Origin: Clostridiales bacterium
Lineage (GTDB): Bacteria; Bacillota; Clostridia; Christensenellales; UBA1242
Reading direction: 5' to 3'
Assembly: GCA_015055815.1 (NCBI GenBank)
Contig: SVHM01000003.1
Coordinates: forward strand, 53,271-117,270
DNA length: 64,000 bases
The notes beneath the pieces are model-generated. The model made no database searches and was not told the origin of the DNA. It saw nothing but the letters and a program-made list of their open reading frames with translations. Shown piece by piece: positions 39,610-51,600 of the stretch. Each line of letters opens with the position of its first letter. Within the stretch, counting starts at the first letter, position 1. The translations under genes were made by a program, and so were the position numbers.

Positions 39610-40212
39610 ATGATGACAAATTTTGATGAAAGTAAAACTAAAATTAATTTGGCTAGAGCATTTGCAGGTGAGTGTCAAGATGGTGCAAGATACCAATTTT
39701 TAGCAAAGCTTGCTATGGAAGAAGGTTATGCTTATTTGCAGTCAATATTTAAAACACATGCCAAAAATGAAATGGCGCATGCGCAAAGATTTTATAATTT
39801 GCTTGCAGATAACAGTGAGTGTAAACAAAAGAATGTAGATATGTCGGGTGGATATCCGTTTGCAAAAGGTACATTGATAGAAAGTATTAAAGATACAATT
39901 GATACTGAGAAGTCACAAAGCGATGTTGTTTATCCCGATTTTGCAAAAGTGGCAGAAGATGAAGGCTTTCCCGATATAGCCAAAGCTTTTAGATTTGCAG
40001 GAAGTGTAGAGAACTGTCACAAATTAATGCTTGAGCAAATTTATGTGAAACTAAAAAAGAATAAACTTTATAAGTCTCCGACTGCTATTAAGTGGAAGTG
40101 TAGTAATTGTGGTTTTGAACATACCGCAAAAACTCCTTGGGAGAGTTGTCCTAGTTGTGAACTTCCACAAGGATATGTTGAAATTCATATAGACATGACG
40201 TCTGGAGATTAA
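39610..40212 (+). CDS. rbr: Rubrerythrin-family protein
   Basis: NLARAFAGE, NEMAHA, YPDFAKVAEDEGF, VENCH and a rubredoxin-like tail WKCSNCG...CPSC. Confidence 0.88.
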   Translation: MMTNFDESKTKINLARAFAGECQDGARYQFLAKLAMEEGYAYLQSIFKTHAKNEMAHAQRFYNLLADNSECKQKNVDMSGGYPFAKGTLIESIKDTIDTEKSQSDVVYPDFAKVAEDEGFPDIAKAFRFAGSVENCHKLMLEQIYVKLKKNKLYKSPTAIKWKCSNCGFEHTAKTPWESCPSCELPQGYVEIHIDMTSGD

Positions 40213-40233
40213 TGTAGTTATAATTTTATAAAG

Positions 40234-40264
40234 AAAAAATTCCCATTGATTTGGGAATTTTTTT
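40234..40264. terminator. Bidirectional intrinsic terminator
   Basis: AAAAAATTCCCA / TGGGAATTTTTT between convergent genes. Confidence 0.75.
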
Positions 40265-40265
40265 G

Positions 40266-42338
40266 TTATCTATCAAGTTTGAAGTATCCGCCAGCCATTG
40301 ATTGTGGAGCATTGAATGCTGAGTACAATATTACACAATCTTCATCACTATATTTAATATCAAATGAAAGGCTTAAATTTTGAGTGTCTTCAAGGATAAA
40401 TAGAAGAGCATTTTCTAAGTTATAGAATTCGTATGCGTATTTTCCGTTTTCTTGTTCTCTAACTCTTATAATTACAGAAATTTCATTATTTATCAAGTTT
40501 GTGAATTGTTTTACGTAAACTTGGTCTTTGAAGTAGTAAGAAGTCATTCCTGTATATGTTTCATAAATATAATTTTCTTCTCTTAGACCGCATTGTTCTA
40601 AGTAATATCTATTTTTGCTTACACCATTTTCTTCTACAACTTCTTTAACTAAATAATAGTCTTCGTGGTAGATATTTTCTATTTCATCTTGATTGTATTT
40701 TTTGATTATGACACCATTGTAATCGCAAACATAAGTTGTTCCGTCTGCTATACTGTTATTTGTGTTGTCAATTGTAATTATAATGCTATCGCTAGTTGTG
40801 AAATATCCATCAATTTCGCCTAGTGTTGAAACTAGATTAAATTTGTTATCGATAATGTAGTAACAATTGTTAGTGTCGCTTACAATGTATCTGTTGTTTG
40901 AAATTTTTAAAGTGTTTTCTCTTATGTAATCAACAGCCTTTGTTTGTAGTTTTTCGTTTACAATAAGGATTTTTTCGGGCATTAATTCTTTATCTTTAAT
41001 TTCTCTAGCAGTGATAGTTGTAGTTTTTGAAACTGTTGGTTTACCGCTTAATATAGAAGATTTTGAGTATGAGTCAACAATTACGAATTTGCAAGACTCT
41101 TCAGAAATTCTTGCTTTTGTAAGTTCGATTTTGTAAGTTTTTATTTTGTGGTAAGTAATTTCACTGCTTGATGTGTCGTAGAAGTCATGTTCTTCTTCTG
41201 TTCCATCTTGTATTGTTTGGAAATATGTTGTATCTCCAACTGTTACAAAACTATTTTCTGCTGTATTTGATAATAGTTGATTGTCTAGTTTGAATGTTCC
41301 GATTTTTTCATAATTGATATTATAAATTGTATATGTAACTGCGATTAATTCGCTTTCTTTCATTATTTTATTGATTTCTTGAATATAAGGTGTTCCGTCA
41401 CTAGAGATAAAGAAATTGTAATCGTTTGAAGTGTATCCAATTCCTTCAGTTAAACCTAATGTTTGAACTAACTTTCTTTCGCCATTTACTACTTTGTATA
41501 AGTTTGTGTATTCGATACTATCTTCTGAAGTAAGTTTCCAAATTTCATAGTTGTAGTGACCTTTAACATACATTTGAGTTAATAGTTCAATGTCAGTTAT
41601 TTCTACTTTTTCTTTTGTAAATTCATCTGATACTCTTACTCTGACTTCAGATTTTCTTCTAACAGTGCTTATGTTTTTAGACATTTTGTATCCATACATT
41701 TTGCCGTCTTGAGCATAAACAAGTCCTGTATCGTTACCTAAATCGTTAACAATTTTGTATTGGCTTTCAACTTCTAGTTTAAATAGTGTGTCATTTTCTA
41801 GTTCTTTTAATACTGAAATTTTTGAATATTCAAGGTCTGCCACCATTTTGTCTTGAGTAAGTGAATATAGACCGTATTTTGCATCTCTAGAAACTATCTT
41901 CATTCCGTTTGTATAAACATTTTCATCTGCACCAGATAATTGTTCTTCGTTGTAATCAAGAAGTTCCATAACTGTGTGATTATTGTAATTTGTTTTTAAA
42001 TAATTATCTATTTCAAATCTCTTTCTAGTTGCCAAAATTATACTTGTAATAATTCCTGCCAAAAGTACTGCTACGCATACTATAGTTATGACTATATTAC
42101 GTGTTTTTGTACTCATTGGAGCCTTTGGCTTTTTCTCGGCTTTTTGTTTTTTAGTGTGTTCAACAGATTTTGTTTTAGCTGGCTTCTTTTCGTCTTTTTC
42201 TGTTGGTTTGTTACCTTCAATTTTTTCAGGCTTTTCTATAACTTCTGTCTTTTCTAAGTTTTCAACTTTTTGGTCGTTTTTAACTTCTTGAGATTTTTCA
42301 GTTTTGTTTGAGTTTTTGTTTTTGTTTTTCTCTGCCAT
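40266..42338 (-). CDS. Single-pass membrane protein with a charged disordered N-tail and a large Tyr-rich extracellular domain
   Basis: RBS AAAGGAG. K/E-rich first ~75 aa, one TM helix (NIVITIVCVAVLLAGIITSIIL), then beta-rich sequence with weak WG-repeat-like YGLY...L.Y..I. Confidence 0.7.
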   Translation of the reverse strand: MAEKNKNKNSNKTEKSQEVKNDQKVENLEKTEVIEKPEKIEGNKPTEKDEKKPAKTKSVEHTKKQKAEKKPKAPMSTKTRNIVITIVCVAVLLAGIITSIILATRKRFEIDNYLKTNYNNHTVMELLDYNEEQLSGADENVYTNGMKIVSRDAKYGLYSLTQDKMVADLEYSKISVLKELENDTLFKLEVESQYKIVNDLGNDTGLVYAQDGKMYGYKMSKNISTVRRKSEVRVRVSDEFTKEKVEITDIELLTQMYVKGHYNYEIWKLTSEDSIEYTNLYKVVNGERKLVQTLGLTEGIGYTSNDYNFFISSDGTPYIQEINKIMKESELIAVTYTIYNINYEKIGTFKLDNQLLSNTAENSFVTVGDTTYFQTIQDGTEEEHDFYDTSSSEITYHKIKTYKIELTKARISEESCKFVIVDSYSKSSILSGKPTVSKTTTITAREIKDKELMPEKILIVNEKLQTKAVDYIRENTLKISNNRYIVSDTNNCYYIIDNKFNLVSTLGEIDGYFTTSDSIIITIDNTNNSIADGTTYVCDYNGVIIKKYNQDEIENIYHEDYYLVKEVVEENGVSKNRYYLEQCGLREENYIYETYTGMTSYYFKDQVYVKQFTNLINNEISVIIRVREQENGKYAYEFYNLENALLFILEDTQNLSLSFDIKYSDEDCVILYSAFNAPQSMAGGYFKLDR

Positions 42339-42620
42339 ATTTTTCTCCTTTCGTGATTTAATCTAATTATAAATTTTTTGCTTTTTGTTGTCAACACAAT
42401 CGTGAAATTTATTTTTCTTTCAAAAGTTTTTTATTGTCTTTTTATCGTAATATTTAAAAATTCCGACTATTTTTGAACTTTTATGATTGAAATACATTTA
42501 AATTAGACAATCTATTAATATATAAAAATATTAATATATATGCTAAATTAGTTTTTTATTTTCGACAAAATGTGTTAAAATTATCTAGAACTAATAAAAA
42601 AATTACATAGGTGAATGAAG

Positions 42621-45600
42621 ATGAAAAAAGTAAAAACGTTATTAATGAGTTTATTGATCTTGACGGCTACGGCATTTGTTTCGGCATGTTCTTGTAGCTC
42701 ATCAGGAGACCCTAATGCTCCAGTAGTTCCTGAAAAGGAGATTACTATTTCTTGTGAAGAATATACTGGTAGCAACGTAAATGTTATTTACGACCCAGTT
42801 AGTAAGGAGTTGGATATTAAGTGTAATAGTGGCGATACCCTTTACATTCAGTATCTTCTTTCTCCAGAAGATGCAACAACTACTACAGTTAATTGGGATG
42901 TAAGTGATACTTCAGTTATTTCTTGCGATACATATACTTATTCGAAGACTATTAGTGAAAAGGTAGAATTTGTAGCTGGTCAAAAAGGTTCTGCTACTAT
43001 TACTTTTTCTACAGCTTCTAATAAGACAGCTGTTGCACATGTTGAAGTAGCTGCAAAGATTGCTAATCTTCCTTCATTTTCAAAAATAGATGTTGAAGAT
43101 ATCTCTTATAATTCAACAAACGGTAGACTTACTTGGAAAGAGCCTTCAACAATGATTACTGCACTTGGTGAAGTAAAAGATATTACTGAAGAAGCAAGAG
43201 CGGGACTTCTTCACTATGAAGTAACTATTTTGAATTTGGAAGACAACTCTACAAGCAAAATAAACGTTGGTGCAGGAATTAGATATGTAGACAACTTTGT
43301 AAAAGGTGCTAGATATGCCGTTTCTGTAAAACCTATTGGTAATAGATATACTGCTAATGATGGTGAAAACTCTGACGACTTTAAATTCTGTCAGTTGGAA
43401 GCAGTAAGTGAATTGGCTGTTGTAAATGGTGCAGTTTCATTTACTACATCTAAACATTCTTCAGAACACCGTATTTTCCCCGATTATGACCCACAAAAAT
43501 CTAATAATATTTACGAAAGCAGACATATTGAAGCGGGTGTAAAATATTCAAACTTTAATTATACAAACTTCAAAAACTTCAACGGAAGTGTATATAATAT
43601 TGCTGTTCAATCATTCCCTGCATATTATGATGCTAGTTTAAACTATGGAAAGATTTTAAATAGTGGCGTTGAAGAAGAAGGAATGAGATGTTATCCTAGT
43701 AATGTAAGCGAAGTTAAAAGAATACTTAAACTAGTAGAGCCAGAACTAAGTATCACAAACTTACAAGGTGTTGTTGATATTAAGTCGGATAATGGAACTT
43801 TTTCAACTTCATCAATTGCAACACAACATTCAGTTTTGAATATCGATAGCGGAAAGGAAGAAGGCTCACTTAGTGGACTAGGTGTTGAATACCATATAAT
43901 TGTCAGGAAGACTTCTTCAGATAATAGTGGTGAAATAGTTTATTCTTCTGCGGTTAATCTTGATACAAAGACATTGCATTTAAATAACCTTTGGAGTAAA
44001 GCAACAAAAAATTCTTATCAATTTACAATATTTGTTCAAAAAATGGGTGACCAAGATAAAACTATCCCAAGCACATCATCACAATATAAGATAAATGTTC
44101 CAGTATTAAATGATGAGAGTTGGACAATTGATGGAAGTATTTTGAGAGTTCCTTGTACAACAAATTATGCACAATTAGAATTGTATCTAAAAAATACAGC
44201 TGATAATTCAATTTCTATTGTTAAACAAACAAAACCTTCAGATACTGCTGATGTAACATACGATTTAAGTGCTATGGGAATAAGACCTGGTAATTATAAA
44301 TTATATGGTAAATATGTTGGCTCAAACCAAAATAGCGGAAGTATTACAAGTGACGTGTTCTCTTATGGTGAAAATACAGTTCTTTACTTCCCAAAATCAA
44401 TTGATACATTTACTAAAAAATCAAATGGCGATTTCTCAATAACAGTTCCTACTGTAACAAATGAACATGGTGATGAAGTTTATGCAATTGATGACAATGC
44501 ATTAATTGAATTGCGTTTAACTTCAGGTACGGACACAAAATTAAATGTAATCTTATATAATGGTGACGATACAACCGATTATAGCTCATTTATTGGCTCA
44601 GATGGAATTTCAACAACTGTTATTTATCCATACACAAGAGCGTATACAACTGTGGGCGTTGATAAAGTTTACGAAAATAAGATAACATTCAATTTCTTTG
44701 ATATGTTGAAACACGTTTATAATAATGACAATGTTGCTGTTAATAGTTTCTTTGCAGAAGCAGATGGCGGATATAAAGAATTTAAATATTCATTCTCTGT
44801 AAAGGGTTATAGTAGTGATGCAAAAGTAGTGGGTATTAATAGTGCTTATACACCAGAACAAACACTTGTAAGACTTGGAATGCCAAACGCAGTAACTATT
44901 GAAAATGATGAACTTACATTCGAAGCTATCCCTAATGCTACTTATTATCCAATTGAAGTAACAGTTGGAAGTAAGGTGTATACAGGTACAATTGTTCCAA
45001 AATATAAACCAGGAACAGAAAACAAAATTATCGCAAAACCATTGTCTGATATTTCTGTAAAAGATGGCGATGGAGAAAGTCAACTTCTTAGTGAAGTACT
45101 TGGTAATTTGAGTGTTGATAGAGTAAATATTAAATTTAGGTCTCAAGGTAATTTCTCAAATACTGCTCTATGGTTAGATGGTGGTACAAACTCAATTACT
45201 TATGATGCAAAGTATATCACTTCAAGCTTAAGTAGTGTATCAACAAGTATGACATTAGACGGTGTGTTTACATGGTCAACACCAACAACTCTTACGGGTG
45301 AATATGTTGCACCACAAGACCCTGATGATAATGGCGGTGATGAAGGTGCAGAAACTCAAGATGAAGAAGAAAGTGATCCGCCAGCAACAACTCCAAATAT
45401 AGTTATCCTAGAAACAAACGTAAAATATAAAGTATTTGTGAACAAAGGCGACACTAATATTCATACTAAGACTTTAATTCCAGTAATCGTTTCAATTGAT
45501 AGTGAAGGCAAAGCAAGTGATTATGTAATTAATGATGCTGATAAACTTGAAATTTTAAAGACTTTACAAGATGGTCAATGTGCACTTCTTCCAAAAGGTG

Positions 45601-48600
45601 CATTTGGTAATAATACTGGTGCAGATATGTTATTTGCAAACTTGTATACTTGGATAAAAGGAAATACAAATGTACTTAATGTGGTAGTAAAAGAAGTTAA
45701 TTCAAATAAGTTTACTGCTACTGGTACAAACCCTTATTATGTTTCAACTCTACAATCGGTAATTATTACAAAAACTACCGTTGGAGATGAAAACAAAATT
45801 GTATGGAACGCAGTTGCTGATGCTAGTGGATATGATATTTTTGTAGGAGATACTTTCCAAAATAGCACAACCGATACTAGCTTAAATGTTTCAACATATG
45901 CAAGTTCTGTAGGTACATATTTGATAACTGTAAAAGCAAAAGCTGACAATACAGGAAGTGATGTTGGTAAATTAAGTACAAAACCATTTGTTATGTATGG
46001 TGAAGATGGCGAAGACAATATTGCAATTATCAGAGTTGTTAGCGAAAAAATAAAAGTTACTGCAAATGATGACTATATAGAATGGAATAATATTTGCAGT
46101 CAAGGTACTAAATATACAGTAAAAATTGGAAGTAAAATCATTTATATCGGCTCTGTAAATAAAGATGGAATAGCTACTCCATGTGCTACAGAAGGAGAAA
46201 GACAATTAGTAACAACAACAGGTCTTATTAGACTTGATTTGAGTAGTTATGTAAACGATTTAGTTGTTGGTTATGATAATGTTTCAGTATCTGGTACAAC
46301 AACTAAAGAAGGTAAGACTACAGTAGTAGTTGAGCCAACAATTGATTTTGCAAGTACTGGATATATTTTGAATGGTACAACTTATACTGAAAATAAAGTA
46401 AGAAAGTTAAATGCACCAACGGTAGACCCATCATCAGTTACCGATAGTGGTAGATTAAAAGTAACAGTAGATGATGATACTGAAAACTTGTATATTGAAG
46501 TAAATGGAAACGATATTTCTGGATTGTTCTCTATTGAAAAAAGTGGAAGTGTAAGATATATAACATTTGAAACAGATATTGATGGCTCAATGACAATTTC
46601 TATTAAGGCTATTAAGAAAGGTACACTTTCAAGTGATGCGCTTGTCCTTGAAGGTATCAATGATATTGGAAGCGCTAGTATCAATGTTACTTTAGGTGAT
46701 GGTGAGACATTGGCTGTTATTGTTGATGGTGGAATATTAACTGAAGGATATACATTAACAGCAGTTACCCAAGACCCAGAAAATCCAGTAGATTATACAC
46801 ATACATTAACATTTGAAGAAGGTGTTTTGGCAGTTGCAACTAGCTTGGAAATTCAAGCAGTTAATAGTTCAGACCCAACTCATCCTACTACTTTAAAATC
46901 TTATCATGGTGTTACAAAATTAAGCACTGTTGAAGATTTCGAAAGAGTAATTAAAGATGATACTCCATGGTTTGAGTGGAGTGCGGTGACAGGTGTTACA
47001 TCTTACGAGATTGAAGCTTGGAATGTTGTAAGAGAGCCAGTCGAAGATGACACAGAAAATGACGAAAACACCGAAGAAGGTGGCGGAGAAGGTTCTGGAG
47101 AAAACGGAAATGGTGAAGGAAACGGAGGTACTGCTTCAATAACTGAAGAAACTGAACCTGGTAATGAAGGTGAAAGCGGAAGTGGTGAAGAAGAACTTCC
47201 AGAGTTGCCACAAACAGAAAAAGAAGAAAGAAAAACTATAACATTAAACGTAAGTGACGTTGGCTCAGCTAAGTTTAAATATGAAAACGGCAAATACTAC
47301 TATGCTTTTGATGAAGAAGAATTAGGGGTAAGTGCTGGAAGCGGTGATTATAAATTTAGAATTAAACCAACAACAACAACAAATTATTATTTGAATGGTA
47401 GTTATTCAAGTGCTAATCAAATAACAAAACTTAATAATGTAGTTACAGTTTCATATAAAGATGGTATGATTTCAGTATCTGGCTATGAAGCAAACGGAAC
47501 TGAAACTCCAGTAAAAATTAAATATACTGTAAGCCCATACAAAGTAGTTGAAAAATCTGTTACAACTGGCAGTGGTGAAGATGCTGTTACAACTACCACA
47601 AATGAAGTAGAATACGATACAGCAAATATCAAGTCTGATGTAGTTGATTATGCAGATTTAGTTACGCTTGATTTAATGAAATTAAATAATTTATTTACAT
47701 TACCAACTTATGATTATTATTCATTCGAAGTTCAAATAGTATTTATTGGAGATGGCGAAAGTAGTATTAATTCAAATATTTGTATTCCAACAGAAAATGA
47801 ATTAAATCTTAATGGTTATCCAGTAAGTAGATTGGGTGTTACATCTTTATCTACTGTTAATGGTGTAGTTGCTATTAAAGATATTGCAGATGCAACATCT
47901 TATACATTAGAAATTAATGGTGTAGAAGTTGATGTCCCAGTAACTGCAGGAACAAAATCTACAGAATGGACTTCAAGTGTTACTGGTATGACTGCTTACA
48001 CAGATTATGCATTCAATACTAATACTAAATATACTTTAAGAGTAAGAGCTCATGGTGACGTACTCTCTGGTGCTTGGTCAGAACCATTTGATGTTTACAA
48101 ACTTGAAGCCCCTATAGGTTATGACGAAAAAGGTATTTACATTTATGAAGATGCTGGTATTCCATATGTTACATGGAAAGATGGTAATGCTTATGGTACC
48201 GATTATAAATATAAAATACTATATACTCAAAGTGATGACGAAGTAACATTTACTCCTGTTGAGAATATTAAAGCTATTACAACTTCAAAAGGCTCAATAG
48301 CTCATCCACTAAGCACTAATATTGCAACTGGTGTATACTATTTGTTATTTAGAACAAATGGAACAACAAGCGGAACAAATACCGTTGGTTTCTTAAATAG
48401 TGAATATGTAAATGGAACTAAAGTTAATTACATTTCGGAAACTAGTAGCCTTGCTATTAGTAATGGCGAACTTACTTGGAAAGGTGTTGACGGGGCTAGA
48501 TACTATAAGGTAACTATTGAAGGTTGCGAGCCAATTATTACAAGTGATACAAGACTTTCTGTTTTAGATTTCCCAGATATTACTGGAACAAAAACTATTA

Positions 48601-51600
48601 CAGTAAATTCAATTGTAAGCCCAGCAACTGCTATAATTTCTACTTATACAGTAGATGAAGAAGAAGCTCCTAATACAATGAAAGTTTATAGACCAAAAGC
48701 TCCTAGTGATGTTAAAGTTTTAAATGGTGAATTGAGTTGGACGGTAAGTCTATCTGACGTTGTAGAATTCGCTCTTGCCAATCCATCAGTTCTTAATCCA
48801 TCAACAGGTGGCGGAAATGAAGAAAATGGTGGTGAACAACAAGGCGCAAGTATCATGGCAGATACTTCAGATAACAATGTTACACTTATTGATTACATAG
48901 TAAATGTAGTTAATGGAAATAACAATTCTACTGCTGATGAAGACTTTAAATCATCAATTTCACACCTTATCAACGTAACATTAAAACTTACTGATAGAAC
49001 TATTGAAGTTGTTGCAGATAGGGCGGAAGTTATTGATAGTTCGGGAACTCCAGTGAAGATTACCGAAGTATCTGATGCTCTTGAATTACTAGCATTATTA
49101 GGAAATGGAAAAATTAGATATTACTATAATGTTGTATCTGAAAATATCAATCCACATCTGCCATCAGCTAATTCACAAATTCAAGAAGAAGGTGACGACT
49201 TGGGCGGAGACACAGGTGATGGTAGTGATACTGACACAGGTGATGGAAGCGATAGTGATAGTACACAAGAAGAAGTAATCGAATTTAAGTCGGGACACTA
49301 CAAAGTTCAAATAAGTGCTCGTGGTAATTCATTTATTAAAGGAAAAGACACTACAACTCCAGATGAAGGAACTGTTGAAACTTCTTCTGTTAATAATTCA
49401 GTTGCAATTTTAAGCAGTAAATTTACAAGTATTATGGAAGTATACAAACCAGTTTCTCCAGTTACTGATACACAAATAAAAGACAACTTAAAATACGATA
49501 TGGATAATGGTATAATTAGTTGGTCACTTGTTAGAAATGGTGTATTGGAAAGCGGTCAAACTGAAGAAGGATATCATACTGAATATGTATTAGAAGTTTA
49601 TAATGATAGTACAAAAGATGGTATAAAAGCTACAATTACTTTGGGTGATGGTAATTCTATCCAACCAACACAAGGCTTAGTTGTAGATAATAACTGGGCA
49701 AAAATACATATTTTAGATGTATTTACAGTAGATAGCTTAAAAAATCTTTCGGGAAATAGTAGTAAAACAATAGTATTCTCTGATACTGAATATAAAGTAA
49801 GAGTATATGCAAAAGGTACAGTTGATAGCGAAACTGCTACTGGTCAATTGTATTTAAATAGTGATAAGAGAGATTTCATTGACTTTATTTCAATTCTTGA
49901 TAAACCTACTGAAATAGAAATGGAATTAAATAATGTTAGATGGGCAATACCTAATACATCTGTATATACTTTAGGAAAAATCTATTCACTTGGAAATAAC
50001 CTAGGAGAAACAGATACAGATGCAACTCAGTGGGCAGATACTTGGACAGATTGGACTGGCCTTACCGAGACAGAACAACAAGAAAAACTTATTTTCCAAA
50101 AAGATTTCCGTACAGATACAAAAGATAGAAGAATTAACGAATATACTTTAACAGATAAAGAATATTATGATGAAGTAGAAAATGTAAACGTTAAATACCC
50201 AGCTGGTAAATATGCATTTACATTCCAAGAAATGGGTAACGAAAAGGGTGTTGTAGATAGCTTAGTTAGTGATTATTATTATTATTACAAACTAGATGCA
50301 ACAGAAAAAGTTGAACTTGTAAAATCGGGTAATTACAAAGGTATGTTTGCATGGAAATCAGTTCCATTTGCTAACGCATATTATGTTCAACTATATCGTG
50401 TAAGTGTAAATGAAAATCCACAAGAAGGCGAAGACGATACAATTACTACTAGAATTTATACAAGAATGACAACACAGTCATTTACACAAGGTGAAGATAC
50501 ATATTACTATTATGATTTGCCAGACTTTAAGTATGATAGCGCTGATAAATTCTTTATAGCAGTTCAAGCATGTAGGGTAAAAAATACTGCAGAAGATCAT
50601 ATAAACACAGATATTTATGTGGAGAATACACCAGCTAATGATAATTCTAAATATTATTTAGAAAGCGGTTGGTTTATGGGTGATACTAAGATTTCAGCAT
50701 CATATGCTAGAATAAACCCAATTGAAGTATTGACAATTGCAAGAAATGGCTCAATTTCTTGGGATAAAGTTGATACTGCAGGTAGTTATAATGTTAAATA
50801 TGGTGACACTAGAGAAGTTACTATAGCAACAACAAATAACCCAAATACAACTATACAAAGTGATGGCGGAAACATATCTATTCAAGTAAAATCTATAGTT
50901 CCTACTGGAAACGAAAATGATTTATTAAATAGTAGATATAGCGATAAGATTAATGTAATCAAATTATACGACCCAGTTCCAAGAATTATTGGAGAAAATG
51001 GCAACCCTTCAGCAAATGATGGTAACTTGACATGGATGTACAATAATCAACCGGGAACAAGTGCAGAGTATTATTCAGAAGTGATAATTGATGGAGATAT
51101 TACAATTAAACGTGATACTGCAATCATTGATGATGAACCTAGAGTATTTGATATCAATTTAGATACATTAACTCTTTACTATTACACCGACCTTGAAAAA
51201 GTATTCGCTCCAAAGGTAGAAGAAGAAATTCCAAGCGTTGAAGAAGACGAAGAAAATACCGAAGAAACAACAAATATCAAAGATTTAATAGAAAGTTATT
51301 CATACGCAGAAGAAATTGAGAAATACCCAGAAGGCAATCATACATTTGATATTTCATACATTGGTGCTTTAGAAAGAGTATCTCTAAATGAAAACACAAC
51401 TTCATCATTCTTCATTTCATCAAATTCAGAGCATTTTGAAGCTATTAAACTTCCTGCTCCAAATGACGTTGCATTTGCTAAACTTGAATTTGGTGGCAAT
51501 ATTGCAAATAGATTAAGTTGGACAAAAGTTCCATACGCTAACGACTATAATATTTATAGAATTGCAGTTACAACAAGTGCTGAACAAGTAACATCTTATA

